Shown: positions 12,500-23,960 of the stretch, one piece after another
Numbering within the stretch: position 1 is the first letter of the stretch
How the letters are laid out: each line of letters begins with the position of its first letter
Assembly (NCBI GenBank): GCA_963715335.1
Contig: CAVQRZ010000033.1
Location: forward strand, 1-64,000
Direction: 5' to 3'
DNA length: 64,000 bases
Origin: an uncultured delta proteobacterium
Lineage (GTDB): Bacteria > Desulfobacterota > Desulfuromonadia > Desulfuromonadales > BM103
Notes under the pieces: generated by a model
Databases searched by the model: none
What the model was told of the DNA's origin: nothing
The model's input: the letters and a program-made list of their open reading frames with translations, nothing else
Position numbers and translations under genes: made by a program

Positions 12500-13081
12500 T
12501 CAGAGTTCGATCTTCGTACCCAGGACCTTTAAGAACTTGGCGAGCCAATCCGGATGGGCCGGCCAGGCTGGAGCAGTGACCATGTTCCGATCAACGTGGG
12601 CCTGGTCGACAGGAATATCCATGAATTTTCCGCCGGCAAGCGTGACGTCCGGCCCGACCGCAGGATAACAGGAGCAGGACCGGCCCTTAAGAACTCCCGC
12701 CGCCGCCAACACCTGGGCGCCATGACAAACAGCCGCGATCGGTTTGTTGCTCGATGCAAAATGCTGCACGATCTTTAATACGGTTTCGTTGAGGCGAATG
12801 TACTCTGGCGCGCGGCCGCCGGGGATAACCAGAGCGTCGTAATCTTCCGCCCTGGTCTCGTCAAAAGTGGCATTCAGGGTAAAATTGTGGCCGGGTTTTT
12901 CACTGTAAGTCTGATCACCCTCAAAATCGTGTATCGCCGTGCGGACCGATTCGCCTGATTTCTTGCCGGGGCAGACAGCGTGAACCTTATGGCCGACCAT
13001 TTGAAGCGCTTGAAAGGGCACCATCACCTCATAGTCTTCGACGAAATCGCCTACCAGCATCAGGATTTTTTTGGCTGCCAT
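12500..13081 (-). CDS. DJ-1/PfpI family protein
   Basis: 'EDYEV', 'PGGRAPEY', 'AVCHG'. Confidence 0.92.
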   Translation of the reverse strand: MAAKKILMLVGDFVEDYEVMVPFQALQMVGHKVHAVCPGKKSGESVRTAIHDFEGDQTYSEKPGHNFTLNATFDETRAEDYDALVIPGGRAPEYIRLNETVLKIVQHFASSNKPIAAVCHGAQVLAAAGVLKGRSCSCYPAVGPDVTLAGGKFMDIPVDQAHVDRNMVTAPAWPAHPDWLAKFLKVLGTKIEL

Positions 13082-13342
13082 CACGGACTCCTTTGAGTTT
13101 GGTTTTTGTAAAAAATCAAGTACTGCGCCAGTGGTATTGCAAGAGCACTTTCATGTTATCAGAGTTTCTTGCTAAGGCAATTTCAGCAACCTTGATCAAA
13201 AGAACTGGCCGCAGACCTAAAGGTTGTGGGCATCTTGAATATCGCGCAATTTTGCGTGACCCCGCCCCCCTAAGGAATTACGTGGCTTGTCCGGTTTGAA
13301 CTTTCCATTTCGGGCAGATTATGAAATAAATCGAAGTCATTT

Positions 13343-13819
13343 TCATCTGCCCAAGCTATACACTTGCATTTTTAGTGTCGCGAGGAGAGCGCTGGTCGCT
13401 GCCCTTGGTATTGAGCCAAAAGGTTGATGGCGCCGCCCAAGGAGAACACCGGAAGTCGCGGCCAGAGTCACGCCGATAACGCCCGCCAAGGCCCCTTGTC
13501 CTCCGAGGTAAAGCCGGAAAGCACCGGCGAACGCAGCACTTAAGTATGCAGCGAGGGGCCCCCCAAAGAAACCGCTCAGCGCTATGATTGCATTTCTCTG
13601 ATCAACGATGACCCCTGTGAAAACGGGGATTTTTGCATACATGCAGCCGACAGCAAACAAGCCGAAAACCAATCCAACGAGCAATTGCCGGGTGTACCAT
13701 GGCGACGGCTTGAGTCGAGTTATGAGATAACCATAGACGCCCACAAGAGCAATAAAGATTGCCAGGTTGTTAAAAAGTGCAAAGAAGAGATCAACTCCGA
13801 GAACCATAGGTTCTTTCAC
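13343..13819 (-). pseudogene. Truncated 5TM LytS/YhcK-type receptor domain with no output domain
   Basis: 'VIVDQRNAIIALSGFFGGP..AFRLYLGGQGALAG'; ends abruptly after about 150 aa. Confidence 0.6.
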
Positions 13820-13978
13820 CTAAAAGCCAAAGAAACCGCCAAAAATGTGAATTATAACCCCGTCCGATACGATCTCAATTCACGTAGCGACTCAGGTATT
13901 GATCTGGTACGACCGAGATTGCCAGTCAGTAATGCTTTTGTCGCGCTTGAAAAAACAATTCGCCAACGCGCCCTTGCA

Positions 13979-15050
13979 TCAGGACATGGAAATATAATTT
14001 ACCGATCGTTCGACCAGTTCACGCCCCTGGGTAACGACCCGTCGTTGCCAGGTCTTCGATGCTGGACAAAAAGCTTCTTTCAGGCTTCTGCTTTGACCAA
14101 TGGTCCAGGTTCCTGTCGCCATAGTGGTGATGCTGATTTTCGGCACGCAAGGCGTGCAGCATCCTCGGTCCTGGGTAGGTACCGTATTCAACCGTCAAAC
14201 AGGTCAGTTCCCCGCCGCTGAACAGCCGCCGATACACGCCGCTGCTGCCGCCACCATGATGGTAGCCCATGGTTTTCGATTCGGTCTTGCTCGGTGTGAC
14301 GGCAACCCCCAGTTTAGCTGAGAGCTCCTGCCGCTGGTCGGAGCCGGAGCGCATGAACAGCGACTGTTGTCCAAATCGTCCAAGGCCGGTATGAAAATCT
14401 ACCACCATCAGCTTACTTATATTCAGCAGGGGCGAATCTTTCAGCCAGTCGATGTACCCGGCAGACTCCGGCTCCAGCCCCTTGCCGCCGAAATAGAGCC
14501 CCGTCGGGTAGTGGTACTGCCCTCCCGTCACGGCCTGCCTCACGCATGCATTGCCAAAACGGAGCCAGGCCCAAAAGAGCCTGAAATAAAAGAAATCAAA
14601 AGCCGGCGGCCGGGTCGGGTTGAAGAATCTATCGAGTGCCGCGTATCCTTCGGGTTCGCCCTGCCAGCCATTCTCGGAAAAGTGGAAGTTCCGGTTCAAA
14701 TCGACATTGTTGCGGTTAAACCGGCGCAGGTTGGCCATACCGTAGGGATTGAGCGCGTGGACCACCACCAGCGCCGTATCGTCCGGCAACGCCGGCAGGC
14801 TGCTCAGGGCCGCCAGCTGAACGGCCGACCCGGCGAAGCCTTCCACGCCGTGCACCCCGGAGACCAACAACAAGGCCTTGCGGGGATTTTTATGTCCGAA
14901 CCAGGCAATATCGGTAAACAGTTCGCGATCTGCTTCATCGGTTTGCGCTGCCAGGTGAGACAAGTGTCCCCCGCCCGGTTCGACCGCGGCGACAAAACGG
15001 CTGCGCGCCTGCTGGTATTCGCTGGAGAAATATTCTTCCGGATTCATCAC
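13979..15050 (-). CDS. DUF2817 / M14-like zinc hydrolase; frameshift near 14085
   Basis: 'SGVHGVEG', 'NPYG..RRFNRNNVDLNRN', 'DFHTGLG'; C-terminus continues in ORF 13979..14191. Confidence 0.8.
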
Positions 15051-16417
15051 CGGCGTGACCCTTTCTCTCTGATCCTGCCAATCCCCAGGGCCTGAAGATG
15101 TTCACGATTGCGAATCTGCGCGTTCATGTGGATCTGCACCAGGATGTCGCGCATCGCCTTGCCGCGATCAACCCGCAACTTTGCCAGGCTGCCGAAGCTG
15201 CGACCGAGAATGGCGCCGAAGGAATACAGGCGCCCATAGACCTGCCAGTACGTGCTCTCCAGCGCCTCGGGGGTGAAATTGACCGGCTGATGCACAACGT
15301 GGCTCAAATCGTACTTTGACCAGTCCCGCTCAATAATGCGTCCGTTCCGTTCCATCTCGGCATAGATGTCTGTGCCCGGCAGAGGGGTATAGATCGACAG
15401 ATAGACGTTCTGGACCTTTTGCGCGATCAGGAAATCCAGGGTCCGCTCGATATCTTCAGGGGTGTCCTGGTCAAGGCCGATAATCATGCTGACCAGGGGC
15501 CGGATACCGCAACGATGCAAAAGCTCAAAAAACTCCGGGTAAGCATCAGGGTTGTTAAAAGCTTTCTTCATCCCTTTGAGCGTTTCCGGGGTAATCGATT
15601 CGATCCCCAGGAAAAGGCTCTTGCACCCCGATTCCGCGGCAAGGGAGACCAGGTCGGGCCGTTTGAACAGTTGCATGCTCGCCTGCGACAGCCAGCGCAC
15701 ATTTCTACCGCACAAGCCCTTGAAGAGTTCCTCGGCATAGTCGAAGTTGCACGTGATGTTATCGTCGACAAAGAAATAGGTGTCGGCGCGCGACGCGTCG
15801 ACTTCAGCGAGAACGTTGGCGATAGGTTTGTGCCGATGGGTGCGGCCATAGGCCTTGCTGACCGAACAGAAGCTGCAGCCGTAGAGGCAGCCCCGGGTTG
15901 TGTAGATCGGGATGCGCGGCATGCGGCTGCCCGCGGAATTCCGGTAGACTTCCATATTGAAGTGATGCCATCCGGGGATCACCAGGCGGTCCAGCGAAGG
16001 ATGTCCCTGCGGTGCATAGCGGTCTTCGAGCCGACCGGCCTCAAACTCTTCCAGCAGCGTCTCCCAGACCGTTTCCGCTTCCCCGACAACCACGGCGTCA
16101 GCGTGCAAAGCGGCCTCATCCGCCATAAATGTCGGGTGGATGCCGCCGAGGACAACTTTCGTCCCTCCGGCACGAAACCGGTCTGCAATCTGGTAGGCAC
16201 GGGGAGCCTGCACGGTCATGACCGTTATGCAGACCAGGTCGAATTTGGCGTCGAAAGGGATCTCTTCCACCAGGTCGTTGACGACCGTGATCCGGTGTCG
16301 GTCCGGGGTCAAGCCGATCAGGATGGCAAGAGCCAGCGAAGGCATGTAGCCTTCGCGGTACTTCACCACACGACCTTGCTCGTCTAGTTGGGAGGGCTGG
16401 ATAAAAAGGAGATTCAT
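15047..16417 (-). CDS. B12-binding-domain radical SAM protein
   Basis: 'VVLGGIHPT', 'VGEAE', 'TRGCLYGCSFC', 'FVDDN', 'TPLPGT'. Confidence 0.9.
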   Translation of the reverse strand: MNLLFIQPSQLDEQGRVVKYREGYMPSLALAILIGLTPDRHRITVVNDLVEEIPFDAKFDLVCITVMTVQAPRAYQIADRFRAGGTKVVLGGIHPTFMADEAALHADAVVVGEAETVWETLLEEFEAGRLEDRYAPQGHPSLDRLVIPGWHHFNMEVYRNSAGSRMPRIPIYTTRGCLYGCSFCSVSKAYGRTHRHKPIANVLAEVDASRADTYFFVDDNITCNFDYAEELFKGLCGRNVRWLSQASMQLFKRPDLVSLAAESGCKSLFLGIESITPETLKGMKKAFNNPDAYPEFFELLHRCGIRPLVSMIIGLDQDTPEDIERTLDFLIAQKVQNVYLSIYTPLPGTDIYAEMERNGRIIERDWSKYDLSHVVHQPVNFTPEALESTYWQVYGRLYSFGAILGRSFGSLAKLRVDRGKAMRDILVQIHMNAQIRNREHLQALGIGRIREKGSRR

Positions 16418-16819
16418 AGCTGTCAGTTCGATCCTGTCCCATTGCCCAAGAATAGGCAAGGATTGCCTTACAGGAAGCTGTCTTGCCGGTGACTCGCCCT
16501 GCTTTAAAAACTTGTTGAAACTACCAGAATATCTTGTGTCGCACAACACCATTCCTGTCCAGACCTTGCGATCTAGGTCAAGATAAGGCCGACATCTCCG
16601 CAGACCTTTATTCAGGCCGCAAATGGTATCACATTAGCAAAAGCGGGTGCATGTTAAGCGCCCTTCTCGGCGAAACCCGGCCCGACATTCCGAGCCATCG
16701 AACCGGCACAATTTCTCTAGCTCTCGGAGAACTTCTCGGCATTTTAACATTTATCACAAACATCTATTCTGCTAGTGTATGGTGCGCGTGCAAGGGAGGG
16801 GGGATTACCGGAGTCATTT

Positions 16820-17629
16820 ATGATCGACAAACGTTACTTCCCCGAAGGGGACAAAGAAACCGAGCGCCTGGAAGTCAAGACCGACAAGCAAGCCGTCGTC
16901 GACCAATCGCTTTGGGCGGGTTTACAGCCCGGCATGCGGATTCTCGATGTTGGCTGTGGCCCCGGCATTACGACGGCTACGCTCGCCTTGGCGGCACAAC
17001 CGGGCGGCAAGGCGGTCGGGATCGATGGCTCGAAAGAACGGATTGAGTACGCGAAACAGAAATACGGCAACGATTGTGTTGAATTTGAACACCGTGACTT
17101 TTTTAGCGACTTATCCGATCTCGGAGATTTTGATTTTATCTGGGTACGGTTCGTTCTCGAATTCTATTTACAAGAAGGGGCTCAGCTCGTCAAGCACCTG
17201 ACCAAGTCGCTCAAAAAAGGCGGGATTCTGTGCCTGGCCGACCTGGACCACAACTGTTTGAACCATTACGGCCTCTCCGAACGCCTGGAAAAAACCATCC
17301 AGAAGATCATGGAGTGCCAGATGAAAAACAACAACTTCGACCCTTATGCCGGGCGCAAGCTCCATCACTTCCTGTGTGACGCCGGGATGGTCGAAATCGA
17401 ATCGGACATGCGTCCTCATCACCTGATTTACGGAGAGCTCTCTGATTTAGACCGTTGGCACTGGTGGCAAAAGATCGAGCTGGCAGGCAAGCGCTCCGGC
17501 TGGACTTTCGACGACTACGCCGGGGGGTACGAGGAGTTTGTCGAGGAGTTCAAGGCCTTCTTTTCCAGCCCGCAGCGTTTTACCTACACGCCGATCATCA
17601 TCAGCCGCGGCGTGAACCCGGGGGATTAG
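16820..17629 (+). CDS. Class I SAM-dependent methyltransferase
   Basis: 'ILDVGCGPG', 'DFIWVRFVLE'. Confidence 0.85.
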   Translation: MIDKRYFPEGDKETERLEVKTDKQAVVDQSLWAGLQPGMRILDVGCGPGITTATLALAAQPGGKAVGIDGSKERIEYAKQKYGNDCVEFEHRDFFSDLSDLGDFDFIWVRFVLEFYLQEGAQLVKHLTKSLKKGGILCLADLDHNCLNHYGLSERLEKTIQKIMECQMKNNNFDPYAGRKLHHFLCDAGMVEIESDMRPHHLIYGELSDLDRWHWWQKIELAGKRSGWTFDDYAGGYEEFVEEFKAFFSSPQRFTYTPIIISRGVNPGD

Positions 17630-17689
17630 GACCGACGCCGCGCAAATGCTGGTGGAAGATCGGTAAGAAGAAAGGTACCAGGCGTCGCT

Positions 17690-18097
17690 CTAATGGAGCG
17701 ATCCCTGGTATTTATGCTCAGGGTGGTACTGCTGGACATAGTCCTGCAGGGAGTCCGCACAATCCTCGTCAAAATCGGTAAACTCGACACCGACCCCTTC
17801 AGGGAAATGCGGCTTGGGACGACGATCCCCGTTGTTGACCCATGCAATCCGCCCGGCAGCCTCCAGGGGGCGGTCATACCCCGGGAGATGGAGCGTGACC
17901 CGAATCATCAACCCTTCGGCCATGTTCTCCGGAACCGACAGATACGCCCCGGACACACTGACATCATGAACCTGCCCCTTGATCGAACCCTTTTGCGTTT
18001 TTATTTCAGCAGGGGCCTTGACCGGCACGCGGTTCTTGCGCAGGACACAGACTTTCTCTCCCCCACCGTCACCACCCTCCTCTGTTCTGCGGCCCAC
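17690..18097 (-). CDS. Single PilZ-domain protein
   Basis: 'RKNRVP', 'DVSVSGAYL', 'GRIAWV', 'GVGVEF'. Confidence 0.8.
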   Translation of the reverse strand: MGRRTEEGGDGGGEKVCVLRKNRVPVKAPAEIKTQKGSIKGQVHDVSVSGAYLSVPENMAEGLMIRVTLHLPGYDRPLEAAGRIAWVNNGDRRPKPHFPEGVGVEFTDFDEDCADSLQDYVQQYHPEHKYQGSLH

Positions 18098-20011
18098 TAT
18101 TCTCGAGTCTTATCAAGATAGCGGAGAAAGGCATCAACGACGACGGGATCGAAGGCGGTACCGCTCTGCTCCAGAATCAGTTTGACTGCAACTTCGACCG
18201 GCATAGGCTCACGGTAGTGCCGTTTTGAGGTAACCGCCTCGTAGAAATCTGCCACGGCGACAATCCGCGCGCCCAGGTGGATATCCTCACCGACCAGGCC
18301 GTCAGGGTAGCCTTGCCCGTCCCACTTCTCGTGATGAGAGCCGGCAATCTCGGGAACATCCTTATACTTCCCTTCGAAATTGATCTGGGACAGGATATCG
18401 CGCGTCTTGTTCGAGTGGGTCTTGATGATCTCGTACTCTTCTTCGTTGAGCCGGCCGTCTTTTTTAAGAATCGCGTCCGGAACACCGATTTTGCCATAAT
18501 CGTGAAGCAGCGAGGCAACCCGGACGCACTCGCGAAACGCCACATCGAGCTCCATTGCGTCGCAGATGCCGACCGAGAATTCAGTGACCTTTTCCGAATG
18601 GCCGGCGGTCAATGGATCACGGGCGTCGATACTGGCGGCGAGGACCTGCAGGGTGGATCTGAATTCGCGGTCCTTGGCCAACAAATGCTCAGCGTTTCTA
18701 ATCGCAACTCCAATCACTGGCGCAATCCCCATAAGTAGTGACTTGTCCCGCTGCATGAGCGAGCGACTTGTTTTCAGGTTATCGACTGCCAGGACCCCGA
18801 CTGTTTCACCTTCACAGACAATCGGGCAGCAGACGAACGATTTGACTCCAAGGGCCTTGGCGACATTGACACTGTGCGCAGTGTGCCGCCGTTCAAACGC
18901 TTCGAAATCATTCACCAGGAAAGGCCTCTGCTGCTTAAAGGCTTCGACAAAGATTCCCCGGGAGTCGGGGTTGTCGAGGCGGAAGCTGGCACGCTCAAGG
19001 ATGAAGCGATGCTCGTCAATATGGCCGAACCCGGCGCGGTAAGTCAGGCGGGTCCGATCTTCATTGGCGAGCATGATCATGCCGCGGTCAAAATCGAGGC
19101 GCTTGCCGAGCACCTCGACCACCGATTTCAAGCACCCGGTCAATGGAATCGAGGGAGCTGATCGCATGGCCAATTTCACTGGTCAGCATCGCATTGTTGT
19201 AGTTTGCGTCGAGCTGTTCCATGAGTTGGTCACGCGATTCTGACAATTGCTCCATACTATTACTGATTTCAGCCAGCTCCGCCCTGGTTGTCGCTTTATC
19301 GAGGATCGTATAGGCCGCGACGCTAAGCGGCACAGTCGCCAGCAGCGCAAGAGGGTCGAAGGCAAAAACCGGGATATTCAGGAGTGGTAAAACCGCCATC
19401 GACACGTTGCGGCTACGCCTGATTTGGGCGGCCCTGGTAACCCCCCACCGCACCACATAGCGGCAGACCTTGCCCCCTTTGAACATGCACTCCGGGTGCT
19501 CGATCGCCTCAAGCTTGTAATTGAAGTTCTCGATCCCGGCTTCAAAGACCCCCATGCGGTTTTCACACTGGAAAGGCTCTTCCTGAATCCCTGGCAAGGG
19601 TTTGACCAAAATCTCGACCCCGGTCTCGCTGATTTTGCGAGAAGAGTACGCCGAGGAACGGACCAGCTGGTGGACCACGTCGCCAACCTTTTCAAACATG
19701 GTGTGGGGGTTGATGAAACTCAACGCATAGGTGCGAACGAAACCGAAGGTCTCCGGCGACACGCCGAATCTGCCAGCCTCATAGGCCAAAGCCTCGTTCC
19801 CTGTCAACTCCACGGCACGCCGGTAAAACCTGTTGATTTGCTCCTGGGTAAGCCAGTGCGACTGGTCCGCAGCCTCCCACGGATCGATATCCGCGTAGCG
19901 CAGGATCTCGTCGATGTCGACGACCTGATAGCGCGCCTTGATCAGCTTGATATACGGATCAATCGTACGCGAGCTGTAAATCTGTTTTTCGTTAGCCTTG
20001 CTGGAGTCCAT
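18097..20011 (-). CDS. Sensor-TM-GAF-HD-GYP cyclic dinucleotide phosphodiesterase; one frameshift near 19130
   Basis: 'LLHDYGKIG', 'HHEKWDGQGYPDGL', GAF 'CPIVCEGETVGVLAVDN'; N-terminal part in ORF 19088..20011. Confidence 0.85.
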
Positions 20012-22049
20012 TTAATTTAACTTTGCTCTTTTGAGAAAATCCGTGGTGTAGCGCATGTAGTCGTCCCAATGGGCCAGGTTCACCGTCATCAGGGTGTAGG
20101 TCTTGTCTGCAGCCATGCCGACTTTATCCAGGAACTCTCCCGGGTAGAGCAATGCGGGATACCTCTCCAGGTTAAACTTGACGGCCAGCAGTGACATCAT
20201 AAGGCGCAAATCCTGCTTGGTAAAACCGGTGCCATCGACAATGTAGATATGCACGGCATTACTCAGCTCGGACAGGTTGAGGCCCAGGTCCGTGATGTTA
20301 ACGGCGGTAACCGCTTTGAGTTCGCCGTTTTTACGCACTGACATCCGGTGGATTTCACGTCTGAACCCCATTTTCTCATATTCTGCCGACAGAGTGCCAG
20401 CCTGCAGGCTGGACGGCAGCATGTCGGTTGCGGCCAGGGACATCCCGCCGCCGGAGGTCTGGTTATAGAACCCGTTCAACTCTTCCAGGTCCGCCGCCGT
20501 AGTCTTGGCTATCTCCCATCGGCCATCGGCTTGCCAGTCCGGATCAACAGGATTCGCTTCATAACTGATGAACGCGTAAGGATCAATACTGCATATTTTC
20601 GGATTGTTCATCTTGCTGGCAAAACCGCCGAAGAAACGCACCGGGAACTTGTTATCGGTACGGTAATAACCGGAGCTGTAGAGGAAGTTGCTGGCACGCA
20701 GGGAATAGACCTCGTTGATAAATTCGGTCATCCGGCCCATGACGATCAGGCCGGCTTTGTTGCTGTTCGAGAGTGCGGCATGATGATGGTTGATCCAGGT
20801 TTTTTCGTAGAGCCTGAGCATGGCAAAATGGCCCTGAATCTGGCCATGGTCCATGTGGGTAAAATGTCTCGAAATGGTCGGATTGCCTTCATAAAGCTTT
20901 TGATAGGTTTCCTTGAACAGATTCTTGTTTTCAGAGACGCGCTGGTACTTGCTCGGATAAATGAAACCCGTCTCAAAGAAGAAGTCCCACAGCGCATCGA
21001 GATCGAGGCGATTGGCCACCATCGTGTCAGGGTCCTTGGCCTGGTACAGGATGCCGACCAGGTCGAGGTGGTCCTGGATATCGATATCCAGAATCCCCAG
21101 GCCGGAATAAACCAACCCCCCCTCGGATTTACGATGAATCACTTGCGCTCTGCACATCAGGCAAATGCGGCTGGTGAAGTGAATGCCGACCTCGGGCAGG
21201 ATCATGCCAGGGAAGTAAAATCGCCTCTGTCCGCTGTTCGACGACACCAAACCCGGTTCCGGACAAATCGTTGACTTTGAGCGTTACGGTCTTGCCGGTA
21301 AGCGGGTGTTTGAACACGAGGCTCGGGTTGGGGATAAGTTCGCGACGCTCCGGTCTGAACTCCTTGGCCTTGAAACGCTGGACCATCTCTCGAGTCGGCT
21401 GCAGGACAAAATCGCGCTCGTCGTGCCCTTCGCCGTGACGAAGAACCTTGCAATCGCCGTTATAGACCGGCTCCCCGCCGCGCAGCAAAGTGACGTTGAC
21501 AGGCACGGTCCGGTTGATCCATTCAAATGAGCTTGGGGCCTCTGCGCGGAGGGTGATCCTGAAGAAAAATCCATTGTAATCGACAAGGACCCCGGGGAAA
21601 GTTGCGCCGCCCGACGTCAACTGGACCTGGATATCCTTGACCCGATAACGGCGAATTGCCCGCGTAGCAGACTCTTTGGACTCTTCGGGGAGGCGGCAGG
21701 TCACCTGACGGGCATCCATATTCACGACGTTCGGCACAATTTGCACCGAACGACGGCCATCGGTCATCACCAGGTTAACCAGGTCGTAATTTTTAAACCG
21801 CAGGTCGTCATCCTCCTGGGTCAGCCACCGGCATTCCAACAGTTCGTCAACACAGGGCTGCGGAGTCGCATATAAGGCCAGAGAATGACCGTAAACTCTA
21901 TGTTTCAGGTTGACCAAAACCGGCTCTCCCTGAAAGTTAGAATGGTTCAACTTGTTGATCAGTTGGGAAAGGGGGACCTTCTTCTGGGCAGAAGGATTGG
22001 GGAGAGAAATGACTTTTTGTGGCTCTGTGCTCAAAGCACCCCTAAACAC
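20012..22049 (-). CDS. Large tandem-PilZ protein with uncharacterised C-terminal domain; one frameshift near 21210
   Basis: RxxxR motifs 'RAIRR' and 'RPERR', 'NDLSGTG'; ORFs 21129..22049 and 20012..21250 join. Confidence 0.7.
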
Positions 22050-22254
22050 CTGGCCCGATACCAGGTAAAGGTAGATTTCCTCTAATTGAGGTTAATTAAA
22101 TAAAATTATGTGAAATTATGTGTATTTTAAATGCAATTGTCAAGCAATTATATACATTAGGAAACCATAAAGTGTTAATTTTTTGGCTGCAAAGCATATT
22201 AAGGCGCAACAAATACCGATAAAAATGAGGAGAGGCCATAAAAGCCTCTCCTTT

Positions 22255-22475
22255 TCTGGAAGATTGCATCGGTGGTTATGCTTTCAGGCTTTTCTCTTGT
22301 AGATCACACGGCAAGGTCAGGCCCTTTGACACAGGGCCGGATCCCCATCACAGCAGGTTCTTGACGTCACAGACATCCGGCAGAAGAGATGCCCTCCGCA
22401 AGGAGAAGGCACTTTTGCATACTTTTGTTGCCGGACAAAAGTATGGCGTCGGGCGGGACGCGACCCGCCGGTTTT
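22255..22475. repeat. Dispersed structured repeat, copy 1 (~220 bp)
   Basis: Colinear similarity to 60045..60272, e.g. GAGATGCCCTCCGCAAGGAGAA, TTTTGCATACTTTT, CAAAAGTATGGCGTC, GGCGGGACGCGACCCGCCGGTTTT. Confidence 0.9.
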
Positions 22476-22619
22476 ATCTTTTCTAGAAAAACGCAAGGGC
22501 AACAGATGAACCATCTGTTGCCCTCTCTACCATAAAATCTGCTAAACTTTATCAGCACCCCGAAAAGAGGCCATAAAAGCCTCCCCTCATAGGCGCCGGG
22601 TTTTTCGAAAACCGGCTAA

Positions 22620-23933
22620 TTAAAAGGCATAGCCCACGCTTAACGCGAACAGGTAAATATCGGTATTGTAATCTCCGTTGGCTGTGCCGACAGGGAATCC
22701 GGCCGCCATGGAGCCGAGAGGATCACCGACCCCATTATTCTTTGTGCGTTCTTCGTGGTACTCGTAACCGAAGGCGGCGGAGAGCGTCCAGGCGGCTTTT
22801 TTCAAGTCCGCACCGACGGTAAACAGGTGCGCATCGCTATCCGGGATAATCGGCTCGAAGGTTTCATTGGGGACCGCATTCTCACCATAGAGGTAGCCGC
22901 AGTTCAGGGCGAGATTGTCATTGAGTTTGTAGTTCGCACCGATATTGTAGCTCCAGGTCGAATGCCAGTTGCGATCCTGAACGATGCTGTTTTCCATCGC
23001 AAAGATAGGCAGGATGGGGTTTTGCAGATCGAGAGTCTGCTTGTCGTTAACATCCCAGTCTTCCCAACGGGCACCGACTTCGATCAACAAAGCATCGGTG
23101 ACCTGAGTCGCAACACCAATCGTAAACTGGGCAGGGAGTTCAATGTCCGACTCGGCGTTGCCTTCCTGAAACAGGAATTGTAGAGTTGGATCAGCACCGA
23201 CACCGTCAAGGGACATGTCGCCTTCGACATCGATCTTGACCTTGCTGCGATAGGCGGCGCCTATCGAGATACGATCCGTGGCTTTGAACAGTACGCCAAG
23301 GTTGTAACCGCTCCCCCAGCCATCGCCGGAAAATTTCTGCCTTATATCCACAAGACCATCGGAAGGGCCAGGAATGAAACCATCAATCACAAAGCCCTGG
23401 TTAATGTTGGCTTTTATTTCGGTGTCGAGGTAAACAAAGTCGAGGCCAACGGCGACCGACAGGCGATCTGTCAGGCGGTAGGAGACCGCCGGGTTGATGT
23501 TCATGGTCAACATTTCCCCCGAGGTGCCGATGTAACGACCGGCGTAACCATCGTCCCATTCGTTGGAGAGCCCAAACGGGAAAAAGATCCCAAGCCCCGA
23601 GGTGAATTTATCGTTGGCCTGGTGCGTGTAGTAAAAGGTTGAGGGGAAATTCCAGGCGCTGTCGCCGTTTTCGCTGCCGCCCCCGGTGTAGTCGATGTCC
23701 CGGTCTGAATAGATGGCGGTTGTCCCGACTTCGATCTGACGCCCGGGCACATCGTTGATCAGCGCCGGGTTGAAATAGAGCGACGAGGGCCCGGTCGTAT
23801 GGGCGACGACGGCATTGGCCTGGCCCAACCCGGAAGCCCCCTGGGTGAAGACCCCGTAACCTGATGCTGAGGCCAGGATCGGAACAATAAGTCCCACAAA
23901 AATCAAAACAGCTATCTTGATACAAACTTTCAT
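22620..23933 (-). CDS. OmpP1/FadL family outer-membrane channel for hydrophobic compounds
   Basis: Signal peptide; 'YFNPA' hatch motif; 'PFGL'; 'PDSD'; C-terminal Phe. Confidence 0.9.
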   Translation of the reverse strand: MKVCIKIAVLIFVGLIVPILASASGYGVFTQGASGLGQANAVVAHTTGPSSLYFNPALINDVPGRQIEVGTTAIYSDRDIDYTGGGSENGDSAWNFPSTFYYTHQANDKFTSGLGIFFPFGLSNEWDDGYAGRYIGTSGEMLTMNINPAVSYRLTDRLSVAVGLDFVYLDTEIKANINQGFVIDGFIPGPSDGLVDIRQKFSGDGWGSGYNLGVLFKATDRISIGAAYRSKVKIDVEGDMSLDGVGADPTLQFLFQEGNAESDIELPAQFTIGVATQVTDALLIEVGARWEDWDVNDKQTLDLQNPILPIFAMENSIVQDRNWHSTWSYNIGANYKLNDNLALNCGYLYGENAVPNETFEPIIPDSDAHLFTVGADLKKAAWTLSAAFGYEYHEERTKNNGVGDPLGSMAAGFPVGTANGDYNTDIYLFALSVGYAF

Positions 23934-23960
23934 TATTAATCCTCCTATAACATTAATGAC

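Noticed and set aside
22048..22066. lux-box-like palindrome ACCTGG-N7-CCAGGT (similar weak candidates at ~16432 and ~16561)
   Set aside because: Spacing is 19 bp rather than 20, or half-sites are imperfect, and positions relative to promoters are unconvincing
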